This document shows positions 13,440 to 26,274 of a stretch of 41,145 nucleotides of DNA, piece after piece. Made by a program: the position numbers and the translations under genes. Location of the stretch: assembly GCA_013239625.1 (NCBI GenBank), contig MU053369.1, positions 34,302 to 75,446 on the forward strand. The letters run 5' to 3'. Source of the DNA: Lama guanicoe. Taxonomy: Eukaryota. Position 1 is the first letter of the stretch. Each line of letters begins with the position of its first letter. The notes under the pieces were generated by a model, which saw only the letters and a program-made list of their open reading frames with translations, did not search any database and had not been told where the DNA came from.

Positions 13440-13745
13440 TAAAATAATACTATGTAAACTCTACACATTTTTGAAACAAAATTAAAGAAGACCTAAATAT
13501 CTGGACAGACACACAATGCACATTCCTGGATAAAATGACAGCGCTCTTGGGATGGGAATGCTCCCCAGAGCGATCCGTATACTCAACGTGGTCTCGATCA
13601 CAATCCCAGCGGGCTCCTCTGCAGTAACTGACTAGCTGCTGCTACAATTCATATGGGAATTCGAGGGTCTCAGTAACCAAAACGTACTTGAAAAAGAAGA
13701 ACAAGGTGAGAGGACTTGTAATTCTCAATTTCAAACCTTACAACT
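13440..13745 (+). mobile_element. L1M ORF2 fragment
   Basis: aaattaaagaagacctaaata...aattcatatgggaat...ttgaaaaagaagaacaaggtgagaggactt. Confidence 0.8.
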
Positions 13746-15144
13746 GTATCTCCAGTTGAGATTAGAGGCCATTTTTAAGTTATTACTGAGTTTATCCTTA
13801 TTTTCTAAATTCTGTACCATGAATATACCTATTAGAATAAGAAAAATAAAAAGTAAGGTATATTTTAAAACATGCACACCGATTTATTCATTGGGAAAAA
13901 AATTATTTAAACTATAAAGAGGTAAACAAATATCTAGTGAAAAAGGACTACTTCAAAACAAGTGTGCATATACAATTTTCATAATTTGAAAACTGAAAAG
14001 CATAAACACAGCAAGTTTCTAGGGAGACCGGTGAAACAAAATAATAGTTATTTTCAAAAATTCTAATTGAACAATGAAATCACAAGAAAGGCAAAATCCT
14101 AATTGTCAGCCAACTGCAAACACATGGAGAGCAAAGGCCTAGAAATCACAGCTCCTTTAACTCTGCTACTCACTCAATAGGAGAGGAAATTCCTCACTGA
14201 GGGGACAGTGGAATCCCATGTGTAAGACAGGATACACAGTACAAACTGCAGTATTATGGGGAGTGAATTTCTTAGAAGAATTCTAAAGTTACAACATTGC
14301 TGAAAAACTATAAAAACACTGTCAGACAGATTAAAACACACAGCCATATATATTATATAGAAACATATGAAGTCTGCTCCCATGTTGCATAGAAATACAA
14401 ACATATTTGTTCATTTATAGGCACTGATTACTTTATCCCAGGTAGAATATTTCAACTAAAACAATACTACACTCCTCTTGTCAAATCTACTTGATTATTT
14501 TTTCTGCTATATAACCACAAAGTGTCTAAGATAGATCTAAAATTATTGAAAAAGATCTTTGCATGGTTCCTTGAATACTTCTCAAAATTCCAAGCTTAAT
14601 TTTAAAATAGATGTGAGCAGTATTTCTATATTATCTATTCCCTTATGAAATGAACAACACAGTCTGTTGTCTAAATTCTGTCCTTACAATGATTCAGGAG
14701 CACCGTATCCTCACAAAACTGCTGGACAGAAAGGCACTATCCAGACACTGTGACCAAATCAATGAAACACAATGAAGACAGTGACCCTATTCTGGAGGGC
14801 TTATAATCTGTGTCAACACCAGGGTTTTTATTTGATTGGTTTCATTGGGTAGCAAAATAAAATCAATCAAATACTTCCTTCTTTGAGCATTCTGTAAGTC
14901 ATGACTGTTTTTAGTGTCATAAGCAGGAAAGACTTAAGCATGACTTGATTAGGTCAACTAGCAACAATCATTACTGGAGAGTGAGTAATAAAGAATTTAA
15001 CTGATAGCAATGCTTCTGCCTACATGAGACCTGAAATAAATCTACACCGATTTCCGAAGGGACAATGAGGAGATGAGGTCCCCAATGAGAAAACAAACTA
15101 ACAAGATATCAAAAAAGGAAAGACGTTTTCATTAACGATTCCAG

Positions 15145-15335
15145 GCAGTAGTGGAGCATGGTGGTGAAGAGCACAGATGCTGGGGACAAACATGAGGGTC
15201 TGAACTCCCACAGCACTGGGTAGCTGTGACACTGATATTTCAGTGAAATTTTCTGCATCTCAGTCTCCTATCCATAGATTGGGGAGAGCAACCGCACCCA
15301 TCTCCTAGAACGGTCCTACGAATTATGTTATTTTA
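15145..15335 (+). mobile_element. MIR
   Basis: gcatggtggtgaagagcacag...tagctgtgac...catctcagtctcctatc. Confidence 0.6.
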
Positions 15336-15359
15336 TATACACAAGTTTAAATAAAATAA

Positions 15360-16428
15360 CTCAGATTTTAAATAATACCCCAAAAGCACAAGGAACAAAG
15401 AAAACAGAGATAAATTGGAGTTCAGCAAAATTTAAAACTTTGCTTCAAAGGGCACCATCTAGAAAGTGAAAAAACAACACACAGGAGAAAATTTTTTCAA
15501 ATCATTTATCTGATTAACAATTTGTATCTCCAAATGAAAAACAAACAAACAAACAAACAAAAAACTCCTACATCTCAACACTAAAAAGGCAACTCAAATA
15601 AAGGCTGAATAAAGGATCTGAAATGGTATTTTTCAAGGAAAATATACAAATGTCCAATAAGCACAATGAAACAATATTCAATATCAGTAGCTTTTAGGGA
15701 AATGAAGTCAAAACCACTAGGAGAAACCGCTTCACACTCACTACAATAGGTTATAATAAGAAAAAGTGTAACAAGCACTAATGAGGACACAGAGGAAGCG
15801 GAGCACACAGCCCTTGCTGGTGAGAACGTAACACAGCGTGGCCACTTTGGAAAACAGCCTGGCAGGTCCTCAGAGAGTTGAACACTTGGTTTCTGAATGA
15901 CCCAGCAATTCTGCTGTCTGGGCACACACGTAAGAGAACTGAAAACAAATGTCCACATAAAAACTCCTAAAGGAATATTCACGGCAACACTACTCATCAC
16001 AGCCAAAAAGTAGCAACAACCCAAATGCCTATCACGTGATGAATGGGTAAACAGTGGGGCCCAGCCATACAGTGGAATATTATTCAGCAATAGTGAAGCA
16101 TAGAGCACTGACCTAGGCCACAACCTGGACAAACATTGAAAACGCTACTCAGTGTGAAAGAAGTCAGTCACAATAGACGGTTCCACTTACATGAAGTGAC
16201 TCGATTTACATGAAATGTCCAGCTCAGGCAAACCCACAGAGAGAGAAGAGTGGCTCCTTGGGGCTGGGGGAGGATGGGAAGATGGGAATGACTGCTTATG
16301 CGTACAGGGCTTCCTGTTGGGGAGATGAAAATGTTCTAAGATTGACTGCGATGCACAATTCTGGGCATAGAGTAAAAACCGCTGTACATTTTAATGGGTG
16401 AATTGTATTAAAACTGTTAAGAAAAAAA
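15360..16428 (+). mobile_element. L1MA/L1MB-type 3' end
   Basis: gccactttggaaaacag, atgacccagcaattc, caacccaaatgcctatca, gatgaaaatgttcta, A-rich tail. Confidence 0.9.
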
Positions 16429-17197
16429 GCACCTCGGGCCAGTACCTTTCATAGTAAATGCAAATTGCAAACTTTTGTTAGAGGAAGAAGAAACTGTCCT
16501 CAGCATGAAAGCAGGAGATCAGCAAATGTGAGTTAACCGGAATTGGACAAGAGCATTTGACTTGAAACAGTTGCTGAGTGTACACGTAATATTCAGAAAT
16601 ACGAAAATCAGCTTGACATCACGAAGAAGCATTCTGCTTCAAATGCAGATCAAGTATTGGGCAAGCCCAGCAGCTATAAAAGAACAGAGAAGAAACTTGG
16701 TTCTTAAAACAAGTACCAGAGCCAACAAGGAAATCGTGGTGAGGAAAGCAGGCGGCCGAAAATCTGGAACAGTTTGCTACAAATAATTTCTCCACTGAAA
16801 ATTTAAAAATAAATGAAACTGATGAAACGCTCTGTTGACATCACTTGAATGGGCTTCCTCCGGTGCTAGACTGTACTGTAACCCCGATTGAGAGACTCAG
16901 GACAATCAGCATGGCTCCTGGGTGTCCCCAAAGTCTGCCCACCAACATGCTGACCACCATCAAATCTGTCAGTATTGTATTGCAGAGAAGAGACCAACTT
17001 CTGAAAGGCACAGCAAATGTTGACAAGGGAAGAAAAGGCTGCATTCAGTCCTGGGACAGAGGCCCTCTGAGCAGAGGCCAGAAGGCTGCAGTTGAACTGC
17101 AGTGGCCCTGGGGCAGGAAGGGACCACTAGGGAGCAGACCTCAATTCTCTTCTCTCTCTCCATCTGGTAGGAGAGATAAAGCCTGCATCGTTCTCAC

Positions 17198-17257
17198 CTG
17201 GAACTGTGGGTTCTGGCTGGCAGAAGTCTTACCGATACAGAATGATTATTCAAGTCT
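17198..17257 (-). other. Candidate exon with two alternative donors (25 or 60 nt)
   Basis: cttgactttttccacag acceptor; TCG|gtaaga at 17233 and CAG|gtgaga at 17198. Confidence 0.35.
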
Positions 17258-19072
17258 CTGTGGAAAAAGTCAAGAAATCGAGAGGGACCAGGAAGCCAAC
17301 TCCAAGAGCCTCTCAAATGCTCCCATATTTATTGTGTGTAATCAAAGGAAAAATTCATTAACAGTTGTGTGATAGTAAGTAGGAACTTCAGGAAAGACAG
17401 GGTGAGGCAGGGATTGTAGAATAGACAATGACTACAAAGGATTTGTTTAATTTTAAGGAAGTAATGGGGTGAGGGGAACAAGATAGATTTTTAGATATGT
17501 GAATTACAAAGCAGACCACCAGACAAGCCAGGTCCTTGTTTTGGGGATAATAGACTTTCTAACAGCACACAAGCCCAGCGTTTATACCTGAGAGTCTCGG
17601 TCCTTGCTTTGCAACCAGCAGAGTGCTATCTAAAACATCAACTATGCAAGCAAATCATTCTCTCTGCTTTTTAAGGCAAGGAGACTGGAGTGAGGATGCA
17701 CAGGGACTTGTTTGCAAAGCAGTTTCTAAGCATATTTTTTTCTTCTTAAAGTTCACAGGCGGCTGGGGTGTGTTACAATTTGTTAATGCAATCATGGGCT
17801 CCCACATGGAACCATTATGGAGGACGGCCTAGGATGACAAATCCTGGCTGTCGGTATTTTCCTGCCAGCTGCAGCCACTCTAGCAGGGTCTAGACACATC
17901 CGTGAATAAATGTGAATAATGATCCTACTGAACCACCCACACTCATAACTCCTGGTGCTTGAAGCTTAATATTAGCTCTACACAACATACCAAAGAAAAG
18001 TTTCAGAAATAAAAGTTATTATAATCCCTTTATATCTCATCATATTACTGATTTTTCTGATTGCTCTAAGCTGTTTCTACTTGGTAAAGCACCTAATTCT
18101 GCAGGTGAATTCAGTAATTTCCTTTGGGCATATCTAGTCAGCTTGGGCTCGCTAACTCCTATTAGTCAAATACCGATAAACTTAATTGATTTCTTTGTTT
18201 ATCAATTTCAGCCGGGAGGAGAGGGAGTGTCACACTTTTCCTCAGCCCAACCTCAACACTTTTCTCATCAACTCAGATCTCCTGAAAACAAAACAAAGAA
18301 TTTGTTTCCCTTCCACTCTTTCCACAAACCCAGCAGGAAACATCAGCCTGGAGAAAGAATTCAACACAAATGTTAAAACAAAAATTTATAAACCTGAAGC
18401 AACTCCATCTCCGAATCATGATACACACAGACATGAGAGTAAGTGTGTCAGGCACAAAGCTTGCGTGAGTCTGACCACCTCATTTCTATTCTTCAAAGGA
18501 AGGAAGGTTTTCGTATTTTTTATTATCATTCTTTGACATTGTTTCTGATTATGTCAGAAAATAGTTTATAAAATAATTATGCACTGCAATAACAGACTTT
18601 TATTGTATCAATTACAGAAGGCATTCAGAGGGGATAGGAAAACCCACCTCTGTAAAAAATGCAAAATTTCTTCCCCTGTGAAGAACACGTATACAAAATG
18701 CAACAGAGAATTCAAATTCTTGTGCAGAGGAACAAAAGCAACAGAACCAAAGCAAAGTCATTACAGTGAGTCGATTCAAAATTCACTGGACAAACATGCT
18801 TAATGCATTCAAATAATATTAAAGGCACACTGCTAACCATTCACTTAATGATCTGCAGGCTAGAGGAAGAATTTCCCTCTTTAACAGACAACAGAAATCA
18901 ATAGGGTGCCGCAAAAAACAAGGACCAAAGAAAAATCAGATTTTTAACAATTCTGATATATCAGCATGTTCTAAAGATCAAAATCCAGAAATTTTAAACT
19001 TTCATTCAAACCACAATAAAACAAGCCCTTAAAAAAAAAAAGCCATAGGAACTAAGCCCATAGATCATGTAC

Positions 19073-19099
19073 ATAGATCAATGAGAATTTCTTTTACCG
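19073..19099 (-). pseudogene. TRAPPC9: TRAPPC9 micro-exon 5 remnant, 27 nt
   Basis: gttctttcttccag|CGGTAAAAGAAATTCTCATTGATCTAT|gtacat = (A)VKEILIDL vs TRAPPC9 (G)AQEVLIDP; same length and phase 1-1, correct order. Confidence 0.8.
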
Positions 19100-19956
19100 C
19101 TGGAAGAAAGAACAGGCAATAGCCTTTTACTTGAAAAATAAAACTACTTTTAAAGATAACTGCTAAAACACATTTCATCATTCATGTTGCCTTGAAAAAT
19201 CTGAGGCACTTGTATCTGATCAGAAAAGCAATTCTGAGTAATAGTAGGTTACAATTCAGTGCCAGTTTGCTTTAGAAGAAAAGAGAAAAGAAAAGCTACT
19301 GTTTCTCATATCCTGCACAAAGTGTGAAGTGCCTCCTTGCCTCTTTCTCCTCCCATTTTTTAGCTCATGCTCCCCAACCCTTCTGAAACAAGTATGAGAC
19401 CACTTATTCCCTCCAACATGACAAATGACAAAAGAATATCAATTTATTTGTGTAAATATAGGCCTACACCTCGAACTGGAGGAGAAAGGTATCCGAAGTC
19501 TACATGGAACTTATTTCTACCTTCCTGAAATCACACACACAAACGTTCACACAGACACATTTACCCCTGGATTTCTGGGCACTTCACAAGCTTAGTACAT
19601 ACAACTTCTAGAAGATAACTTTCTAGTTAGTTTAAAATACAAAACTGTCAGCTTTTGAAAGCCTTGATCATCTGCTAAACCATCCAAATACCAAAGAGAC
19701 CCAATTAGCCTTCTCTGTAGAATGTAATTTCCCTTGATGGCAAAACAGACCCTAAAAATTACTGGATCAAAGATTCGTGTTTATCACAACCTATGATCGT
19801 TTTTAAGCACATTAACAGATTCAGAAATTTATGTCTCAACAACGTTTATTCTTATTGATATAGCATAAGTGTTCAATTGTCCATACAGAGACTAGGTCCC
19901 ATGATGGTGTTTAAGAGCTATATTGTGTATTGCAATATTTATTTCCAAGTGCAGAC

Positions 19957-20050
19957 AAGGAGGGTGTGTAGTACTCAGTTGTAGAGCACCTGCTTAGCAT
20001 GCACAATGTCCTGGCTTCAGTCCCCAGAACCTCCAAAAAAAAAAAAAAAT
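19957..20050 (+). mobile_element. Camelid tRNA-derived SINE (Vic-1-like)
   Basis: ctcagttgtagagcacctgcttagcatgcac...cagtccccagaacctcc + poly(A); possible TSD aagtgca (19947, 20053). Confidence 0.8.
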
Positions 20051-20255
20051 ATAAGTGCATATTTAAAAATAACAATAAAGTTATAAAAAAAAAAGGCTAA
20101 AAACCACTGCAATCTAGGTGCTACAATTATACTAAAAAAAAGTGTTTCTATCAAATACTGACTATATGCCAATCTGAGAGACAACCACAAATCACACCTG
20201 ATAATCATAACGTGTGATTCTCAGCAACCGTATTAAGTAGACACGGATGAGAAAC

Positions 20256-20376
20256 CCGGCACTGTGGATGAGGAGACGGAGCTTGGAGGAGCCGGGGACG
20301 CTGACCCTCCTGCTCCCTGTGACACCACGTCATCCCAGGGCAAGCGCTGACAGAGCTGCACTGAGGGGACACCCAG
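20256..20376 (-). pseudogene. Possible heavily decayed TRAPPC9 exon 4 remnant
   Basis: GC-rich patch between exons 3 and 5; cttccgtgcag|CTG start; CSSVSACPGMT resembles CSASVIYHYPGGT; ends TGCCGG|gtttct; 121 nt, near the expected size. Confidence 0.4.
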
Positions 20377-21494
20377 CTGCACGGAAGTTTGGGGCACTGG
20401 GGAGTCCCAGAAAACACTAAAAATTGTTCAGTGAAAAACCAGATCAAATATATTACACTGTGCCGCATCCTTTAAAAAGGGAAAATGACTGAGACCTTTT
20501 TGATGCCTCCGTGTCCTTTCTGCCATCATCAATTATTTGCCTTCTCAGCGTGACCAGTGATTAACTGGAACCCATATGAAGTGCACTCAGATGGAAGAGC
20601 TTTTAAAGTTATTTTATGAAGTTTGTAAGACTCTGTCTATGCCTCACACAGGCGGTCATCCATCACTTCTCACCGGTGTGGACGTACCACCTGAAATCAC
20701 ACCTTTCTGCTTTTTAAATTTCCTTCTTCTAATCCAGACTTTTCAACAGCAAAGAAGCAGCTCAACCACAGACAGTGGGCAGCTTTTCACCAAACGGACT
20801 CGAACAGCCCATCAGACTACCCGGAAGCCCTTTTCTTCTATTAAACCCACTTCCAGGTACTTCATCATTTTCTGATTGGTGGACTTGGCCTCTGACTGGC
20901 TTACTCAGAGAACTCCTAGCCTCACATCCGGGGTTGGGAGAGGACCCTGCTGTTGGGGGAAATCAGTGCGGAAGGCGGACATCCTCCAGTCAGGTCTGCT
21001 CGGGTAGAAGTGCCACAATTTGCTCAGAAATTATACCGTCAGCACCCCTGGGCTCCCATGGACTGGTTCCACATTAACCAATCTCATGACACACTGATGC
21101 AAGAAAACCAGAAACTTAACTTATTAATGTAACAGAAGCTGTGAAACTATGAACCAGACTGAAATATCAGAGTTCAACCATGAGTACAGATTCTCCTCCA
21201 CGGCCCAGTCACGGGCAGGCAGTCACATGGTAAGCGTGGACAGAAACAGAGCAGGAAGGGATTCTAGATTAACTCAATGGACTAAATTTCTGTTATACGA
21301 ACAGATTTACTGCCTGGAAAACAATTAACGACAATCACGGTGCACTCTCCGTGGACAGTGGCGGAGATACGACTATGAGAACCTGTGTAACTCTCCTTTC
21401 CCTGTCCTTTCTGGGCTAATAGATGCACAGAGGTACAGAGATTCAGGGATGCAGATAACGCTAAACACCCAAAGCCCATTTCTGCGAGCCTCAA

Positions 21495-21710
21495 AACCAG
21501 ACAGCCAGGGTTTAAATACTAGCTCTGCCACTTGCTAGTTCTGTGATTTTGGCCAACTTACTTACCCTCTCCATGCCTCAATTTCCACACTGTAAAACTG
21601 GGATAACAATCAAACCTTCCTTACTCGCTTGTTGAGAAGATTGAAGGATTCATTTCTGTAAAACACTCAGAAAAGAATGTAGCACATTTTTGGTGCTCAA
21701 CAAATGTCAA
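21495..21710 (+). mobile_element. MIR, near full length
   Basis: gggtttaaatactagctctgccacttgctagttctgtgattttggccaacttacttaccctctccatgcctcaatttcc. Confidence 0.8.
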
Positions 21711-22407
21711 CTTAATATCAAAGTGATTTACAAGTCTCCCTTCTAATCATCTTATGTGTTTCCTGGCTAGCCTAAGTCCCAAAGAAAATCCTTATTTCTA
21801 CTTTTATAAACTCTTGGGGAGCACCCTTGTCTTCCATCTCACCACCTGTTTAAACCAAGGGAGGGGATGCCTCCTAACCACTCCTCTGGGACATGGAGAG
21901 TGCTTCTACCTTCACACCCCTGGCCCCTGGCCCACAGTAAGCCCTCATCACACTAACAGAATGAGGTGTGAGTCCGGGGAGACAAGCAGGGCATTTGTAA
22001 CCCTTTCTTTCCCTCCAGTGTTGGCCACCCTTGGGAAGCACCCGGCATGCTCAGCTCCATGGCAGGACAGCCCTGTGCATGAAGGGGCAGGTCCTCTCAA
22101 GGGAAGGCTCGCTGTGGCCCAGAGCTACATGGGATAGCTTGAGTCTCTAATTCTGGGACACAGTATCATGACACACATTTTCCCACAGCAGTGAAGTTCA
22201 TGGAGAACATGGCTTCATCAGTAACAAAGAAGACATTTATTGTCTGTCTACTCTTTTGTGTCATCTCTCAGTTGGCTGTTGGAGACAACATGTGTATAAG
22301 TATTGGATCTCCTTAAGCCCCAACATATATGAAGTAACAAATAATTCTGTGGCTTAACGTTGGTTCAGGGCAACTGTGTAACAGTTCTTACTCTGGTGAT
22401 GCTTAAT

Positions 22408-22437
22408 TATGCGTATAGGAACTATGCGTATAGGAAC
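22408..22437. repeat. Exact 15-bp tandem duplication
   Basis: tatgcgtataggaac x2. Confidence 0.95.
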
Positions 22438-22529
22438 TCAAATATCTTTCATCATAAAACCAGCTTTTCTTATTTTCCTGTTTCTTAGTAATTGCCAAAG
22501 GCTCAAATGATGGCTTCACACAAAAGAGC

Positions 22530-22710
22530 AGCTAAAATTTATGAGCCCTCTTCACATAACCACTGTGGTAAACACTTTACATAATTTCTAATTCTGACAA
22601 TTCTACAAAGCAGATATGAATGTCCCCATCTCACAGACGAGGGAAAAACTCAAAACGAATTGACTCAGGCTCACGTGGCTCAGTGGCAGCGCGTGCACGC
22701 AAACCCTAGT
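22530..22710 (-). mobile_element. MIR
   Basis: tgtccccatctcacagacgaggga...tgactcaggctcacgtggct. Confidence 0.6.
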
Positions 22711-23096
22711 CAAAAAACTACACACCTTCGTATATGTACCAAATCTCCTACCACCAATTAACACACAGCCACGGGGTCAATACTCAGGGAACTCAATACA
22801 CTTTTCAGCTTTAAGGTGCTCCAGAGGCCGCTTCTAGCTGTTTTATAAAGTCCCGGCTCACTGGTTTCTAACACTGGAAGTGCAAGTCCAATTTTGCCAT
22901 TGTTTGCACAGCAAGTCTGAAATGTTCACAGTGACATGACAGAATAAAAGTAAGATATAAGCAGAATAATTTTTCCAGGTAGACAGACATAATGGACATT
23001 GGGCTATTCTGAAGCATTAAGCAAATAAATCAAAATAAAATAAAGTTGTTTAAGCCTGCTTTTACAAACAGGAAAATTAAGACTTAAGAAGGTGCA

Positions 23097-23114
23097 ACAG
23101 CGCCACCTATGGCT
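23097..23114 (-). promoter_or_regulatory. Candidate CTCF site
   Basis: Minus strand GCCATAGGTGGCGCTG resembles the CTCF core CCASYAGRKGGCRS. Confidence 0.35.
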
Positions 23115-23341
23115 AAAATGACCTTCCAGGTTGCCTGGAAAGATGCAACACAAAAATTGCCTGTAGGATCAGAAACGAGAATCAGATAACTAAAAGCTTA
23201 TGTAGCACATACTGCACTTTGCTTCCGGGGAAGGGAGGGGTATTCAGTATTTAATCTGATATTGCTAATACTCCTGAACATAAACAGAAGGCATGGGCTC
23301 ATGGAAACTCATCTTAGAAGAGGAAAGAATCCAGTCGAGCC

Positions 23342-23397
23342 NNNNNNNNNNNNNNNNNNNNNNNNNNNNNNNNNNNNNNNNNNNNNNNNNNNNNNNN
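23342..23397. other. Assembly gap (N run)
   Basis: 56 N. Confidence 1.
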
Positions 23398-24244
23398 GGT
23401 AGCAAAGCTAGGTCTCATGTCTTGCACTGTACAAAAACCAACAGATCTATACTAAGCCTATATTCATAAAAGTCACGTTTGTATTTTTCCAACAGTAGGT
23501 TATCTAAGTATCTTACAAAATACTTCTCAAAGAGCCAGGATGTCATACAAGTTTCTTGAAATACAAAAACATTTATTTACATAATAAAACAGCATGGGCT
23601 TTATTGTCTCTATTAAAAAAGTGACATGTCAAATCAATGTTTTGATATTTTAAACCTGTTAAGAGTGCAGGAAAAAAAATCAAAATTTTCTTTAAGTACA
23701 AAATAGAGAAGCTTATTCCCTGAAAATGATCAATGTGGATTTTACTAAACTTAATGGATCAGGTCAGAATCCCACGAATTTAAATTTCTGAGAGGATGGT
23801 TACACGGCAACATGAATTCGGAGTTGTAACAATACATATTCTGTGTAAATAATCTTCAAGGTCATCTGATTAAGGTAATTTAACTAGTCCATGTCTCACT
23901 AGAATGATACAGATTTCATTAAAACTTCATACTACACTAAAAAAATGAATCCTTGTTAGTTTAAACCATATTAAAATATATTTTATATATACATATTGAA
24001 TATGCATCAGAAATAAGCGACATTCTTTAATATTCAGAGTTGATCCTTCTAAAATATCTGTCATTGTGACGGCACAGTTTTATTAAGCACTTCTTGGGTT
24101 CTTTGTATACAAGGCGTCTAACTCTCACAGTCAGACAAGGTAAACGATATTACTCAAATTTCACAAATGAGGAAATGTACTTAAGCCATGAAAACAACTT
24201 ACATATTCATCAACAGGAAAGAAAAGAGTAAAGATTTTACTTAC

Positions 24245-24279
24245 AATATTCACTGACAATCTTTTCTTCCTTATTAAGA
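24245..24279 (-). other. Candidate 35-nt exon
   Basis: ggttttttgtag|TCTTAATAAG...GAATATT|gtaagt. Confidence 0.3.
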
Positions 24280-24619
24280 CTACAAAAAACCAATTCAGTC
24301 TTTGTATTTCTGACAATAAGGGCCACTAGAGAAAAACAAGTAACATCATTAGTGCTTGGACTTTCAAAGCCCACTTCTCTTTTGCACTACAATTATTTTT
24401 AATGTTTTGTTTTTAGTGCTTACAGAGCACTAAATTAAAAAAAATAACTTTTTAAGTAAATAACTGAGAATTAAACATTTGTGAAAATGTACAATTTTAA
24501 TTTATGCCATTCTGTCTCACATTCTCAATGATGTCTCTCCTTTGAAGGCCTCATCAGGCTAAGATCACTAAAATCGGCCATTTATGGAGTCACAGGAGTT
24601 CGGGTAACTACTCAACATG

Positions 24620-24850
24620 AGGCTGATTAGAGGAGCAATTAAGAATGCATCCTGTGCAGCCTGTGTTCCAGCACTGAGCTAGCCACCACCAGCTGCGTGT
24701 GATGTGGGACAAGTTGCTCCATCTCTCAATCCCTCAGCTGCAAAAAAGGAGACAGTGATACCTATCGTCAAACACCTGCTATGAAGTAAAACATGAGGAA
24801 AGCATTTTAGCCTTAGGTAGGTGTCCACTCAGAGTGAGTTTGGTCATTAT
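24620..24850 (+). mobile_element. MIR
   Basis: agccaccaccagctgcgtgtgatgtgggacaagttgctccatctctc. Confidence 0.6.
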
Positions 24851-25095
24851 GATGATGAGGATGGCTGTTAATAAATTAAGATAGACCAAAAAGGAGGAAT
24901 CACCTTAAAGGAGAAACATTTTATGTCAATGAGCATTTCTTTTTGGATGGATTGCAGAATATTCTTTTGATTTTTTAATAAACTATGTTTTGTCAATTAA
25001 TTATAGATTTACATATACATGGACAAGTCTCCAGTAAAAGAATTAGAGGCCTCTAACTTCTGAATACTAAGAAAGTAAAGTTTAAAAAAAAATCA

Positions 25096-25195
25096 GGGGG
25101 GAGATTATACCTCATTTGGGAGAGTATGTGCTTAGCATGCATGGGCCCTCAGTTCAGTAGGCCCTCAGTTCAGTCCCCAATAACTCCATTTAGAA
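25096..25195 (+). mobile_element. Camelid tRNA-derived SINE (Vic-1-like) with internal duplication
   Basis: gggggagattatacctca...gtgcttagcatgcatg...; ggccctcagttcagt x2 (25144, 25160). Confidence 0.75.
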
Positions 25196-25419
25196 ACTTT
25201 GTTTTTTAAAAAATGGAGAATTAAAGCAAAAAGATGGAGGAATACAGAATTTTTTAGAGACTCATCTCAGATTTAAGATGAGGAAGAAACCATCCATTTC
25301 TCAGAAGAAATCTTGAGAACTATGTAAACTGGATCTGAGGTGTCTAGTCTTCTAACATTATTCATGAATTCATATTACGAGGTCTTAAAACTACCTGATA
25401 ATCCACAGTGGTGATACTG

Positions 25420-25670
25420 ATCATAACAGCTGTCAACACGGATCGAGCTCCGGATAGTACTGCTTTATTCTGACATCTCTGACCCTGAGGCCTCACCAGG
25501 CTGAGAGCACTAAATTCGGTAATTCATGAGCATCTCGTGTAAGTCTTCCATTTGTGCTTCTCTCTCTCCCCTCACCAGCCCCTCTGAGGGAAGCACTGTT
25601 ATCATCTTCCCTACCCGGAGATAAGGCCACTGAGGCACAGAGACTAAACCCGTTCCAGGCCACATTGACA
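25420..25670 (-). mobile_element. MIR remnant
   Basis: actgttatcatcttccctacccggagataaggccactgaggcacagagactaa. Confidence 0.55.
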
Positions 25671-26274
25671 TTAAAGGACGTCTGTATTTCTGCTGTTTTG
25701 CTTTTGACAAAGGAATCTGAGATATCAATTCAAGATAGACTGTTAAATTATCAAGTCTGTCAGGTCTTCACCTCAAAGAGCATATACTATAAATTCCTGA
25801 TGTAGGATGAGGATGCAGCCACGAACTGACTCAGCTAGAAATTAATATCCAAGATGAAGCAGCGGATACACATAAATATTCACGACTGTCAACTCCGCAC
25901 ACGGGTCTGGGCCCTTCAATGCCTGAACGGGGGTCAAATCCCCACCCATGTCTGGGAGGGAAGCGCGGCTCTTCCGGGTCTCACCCAGGCTTCACGGGCA
26001 ATTTCCCCCCACAGACTGGCCTCAAAGATTTAAAGCTCTCAAGATTTTTACACCATGCAAAACTAAAAGACATTTCTGCAGATGGAGCACTTTCTCAGGC
26101 TTAAATCTTTTTTGCCTACACTCAGCAAGGGGGAAAAAAGAAACATGACTCTACAAAGCCTCTGACCCTCACCACTTACAGGAGTAAAACGGCCACAGCA
26201 CAAGATGACCATTCACATTGCAGGATAAGAACAAAATAAAGCCGCCCTACAACAGGCCCTCCCAGAGACAGCAT

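Noticed and set aside
15581..16132. 183-aa ORF
   Set aside because: Antisense reading of an L1 3' end
16845..17372. 175-aa ORF
   Set aside because: No recognisable homology in any frame
18310..18372. Exon 4-like stretch (FPAG..CGKSG)
   Set aside because: Lies downstream of micro-exon 5, so wrong order; weak match
20668..20690. VHTGEK zinc-finger linker on the minus strand
   Set aside because: No C2H2 pattern; flanked by stops
24245..24279. LNKEEKIVSEY resembles exon 8 start LSEEEKIQRY
   Set aside because: Out of order (between exons 3 and 5); likely chance
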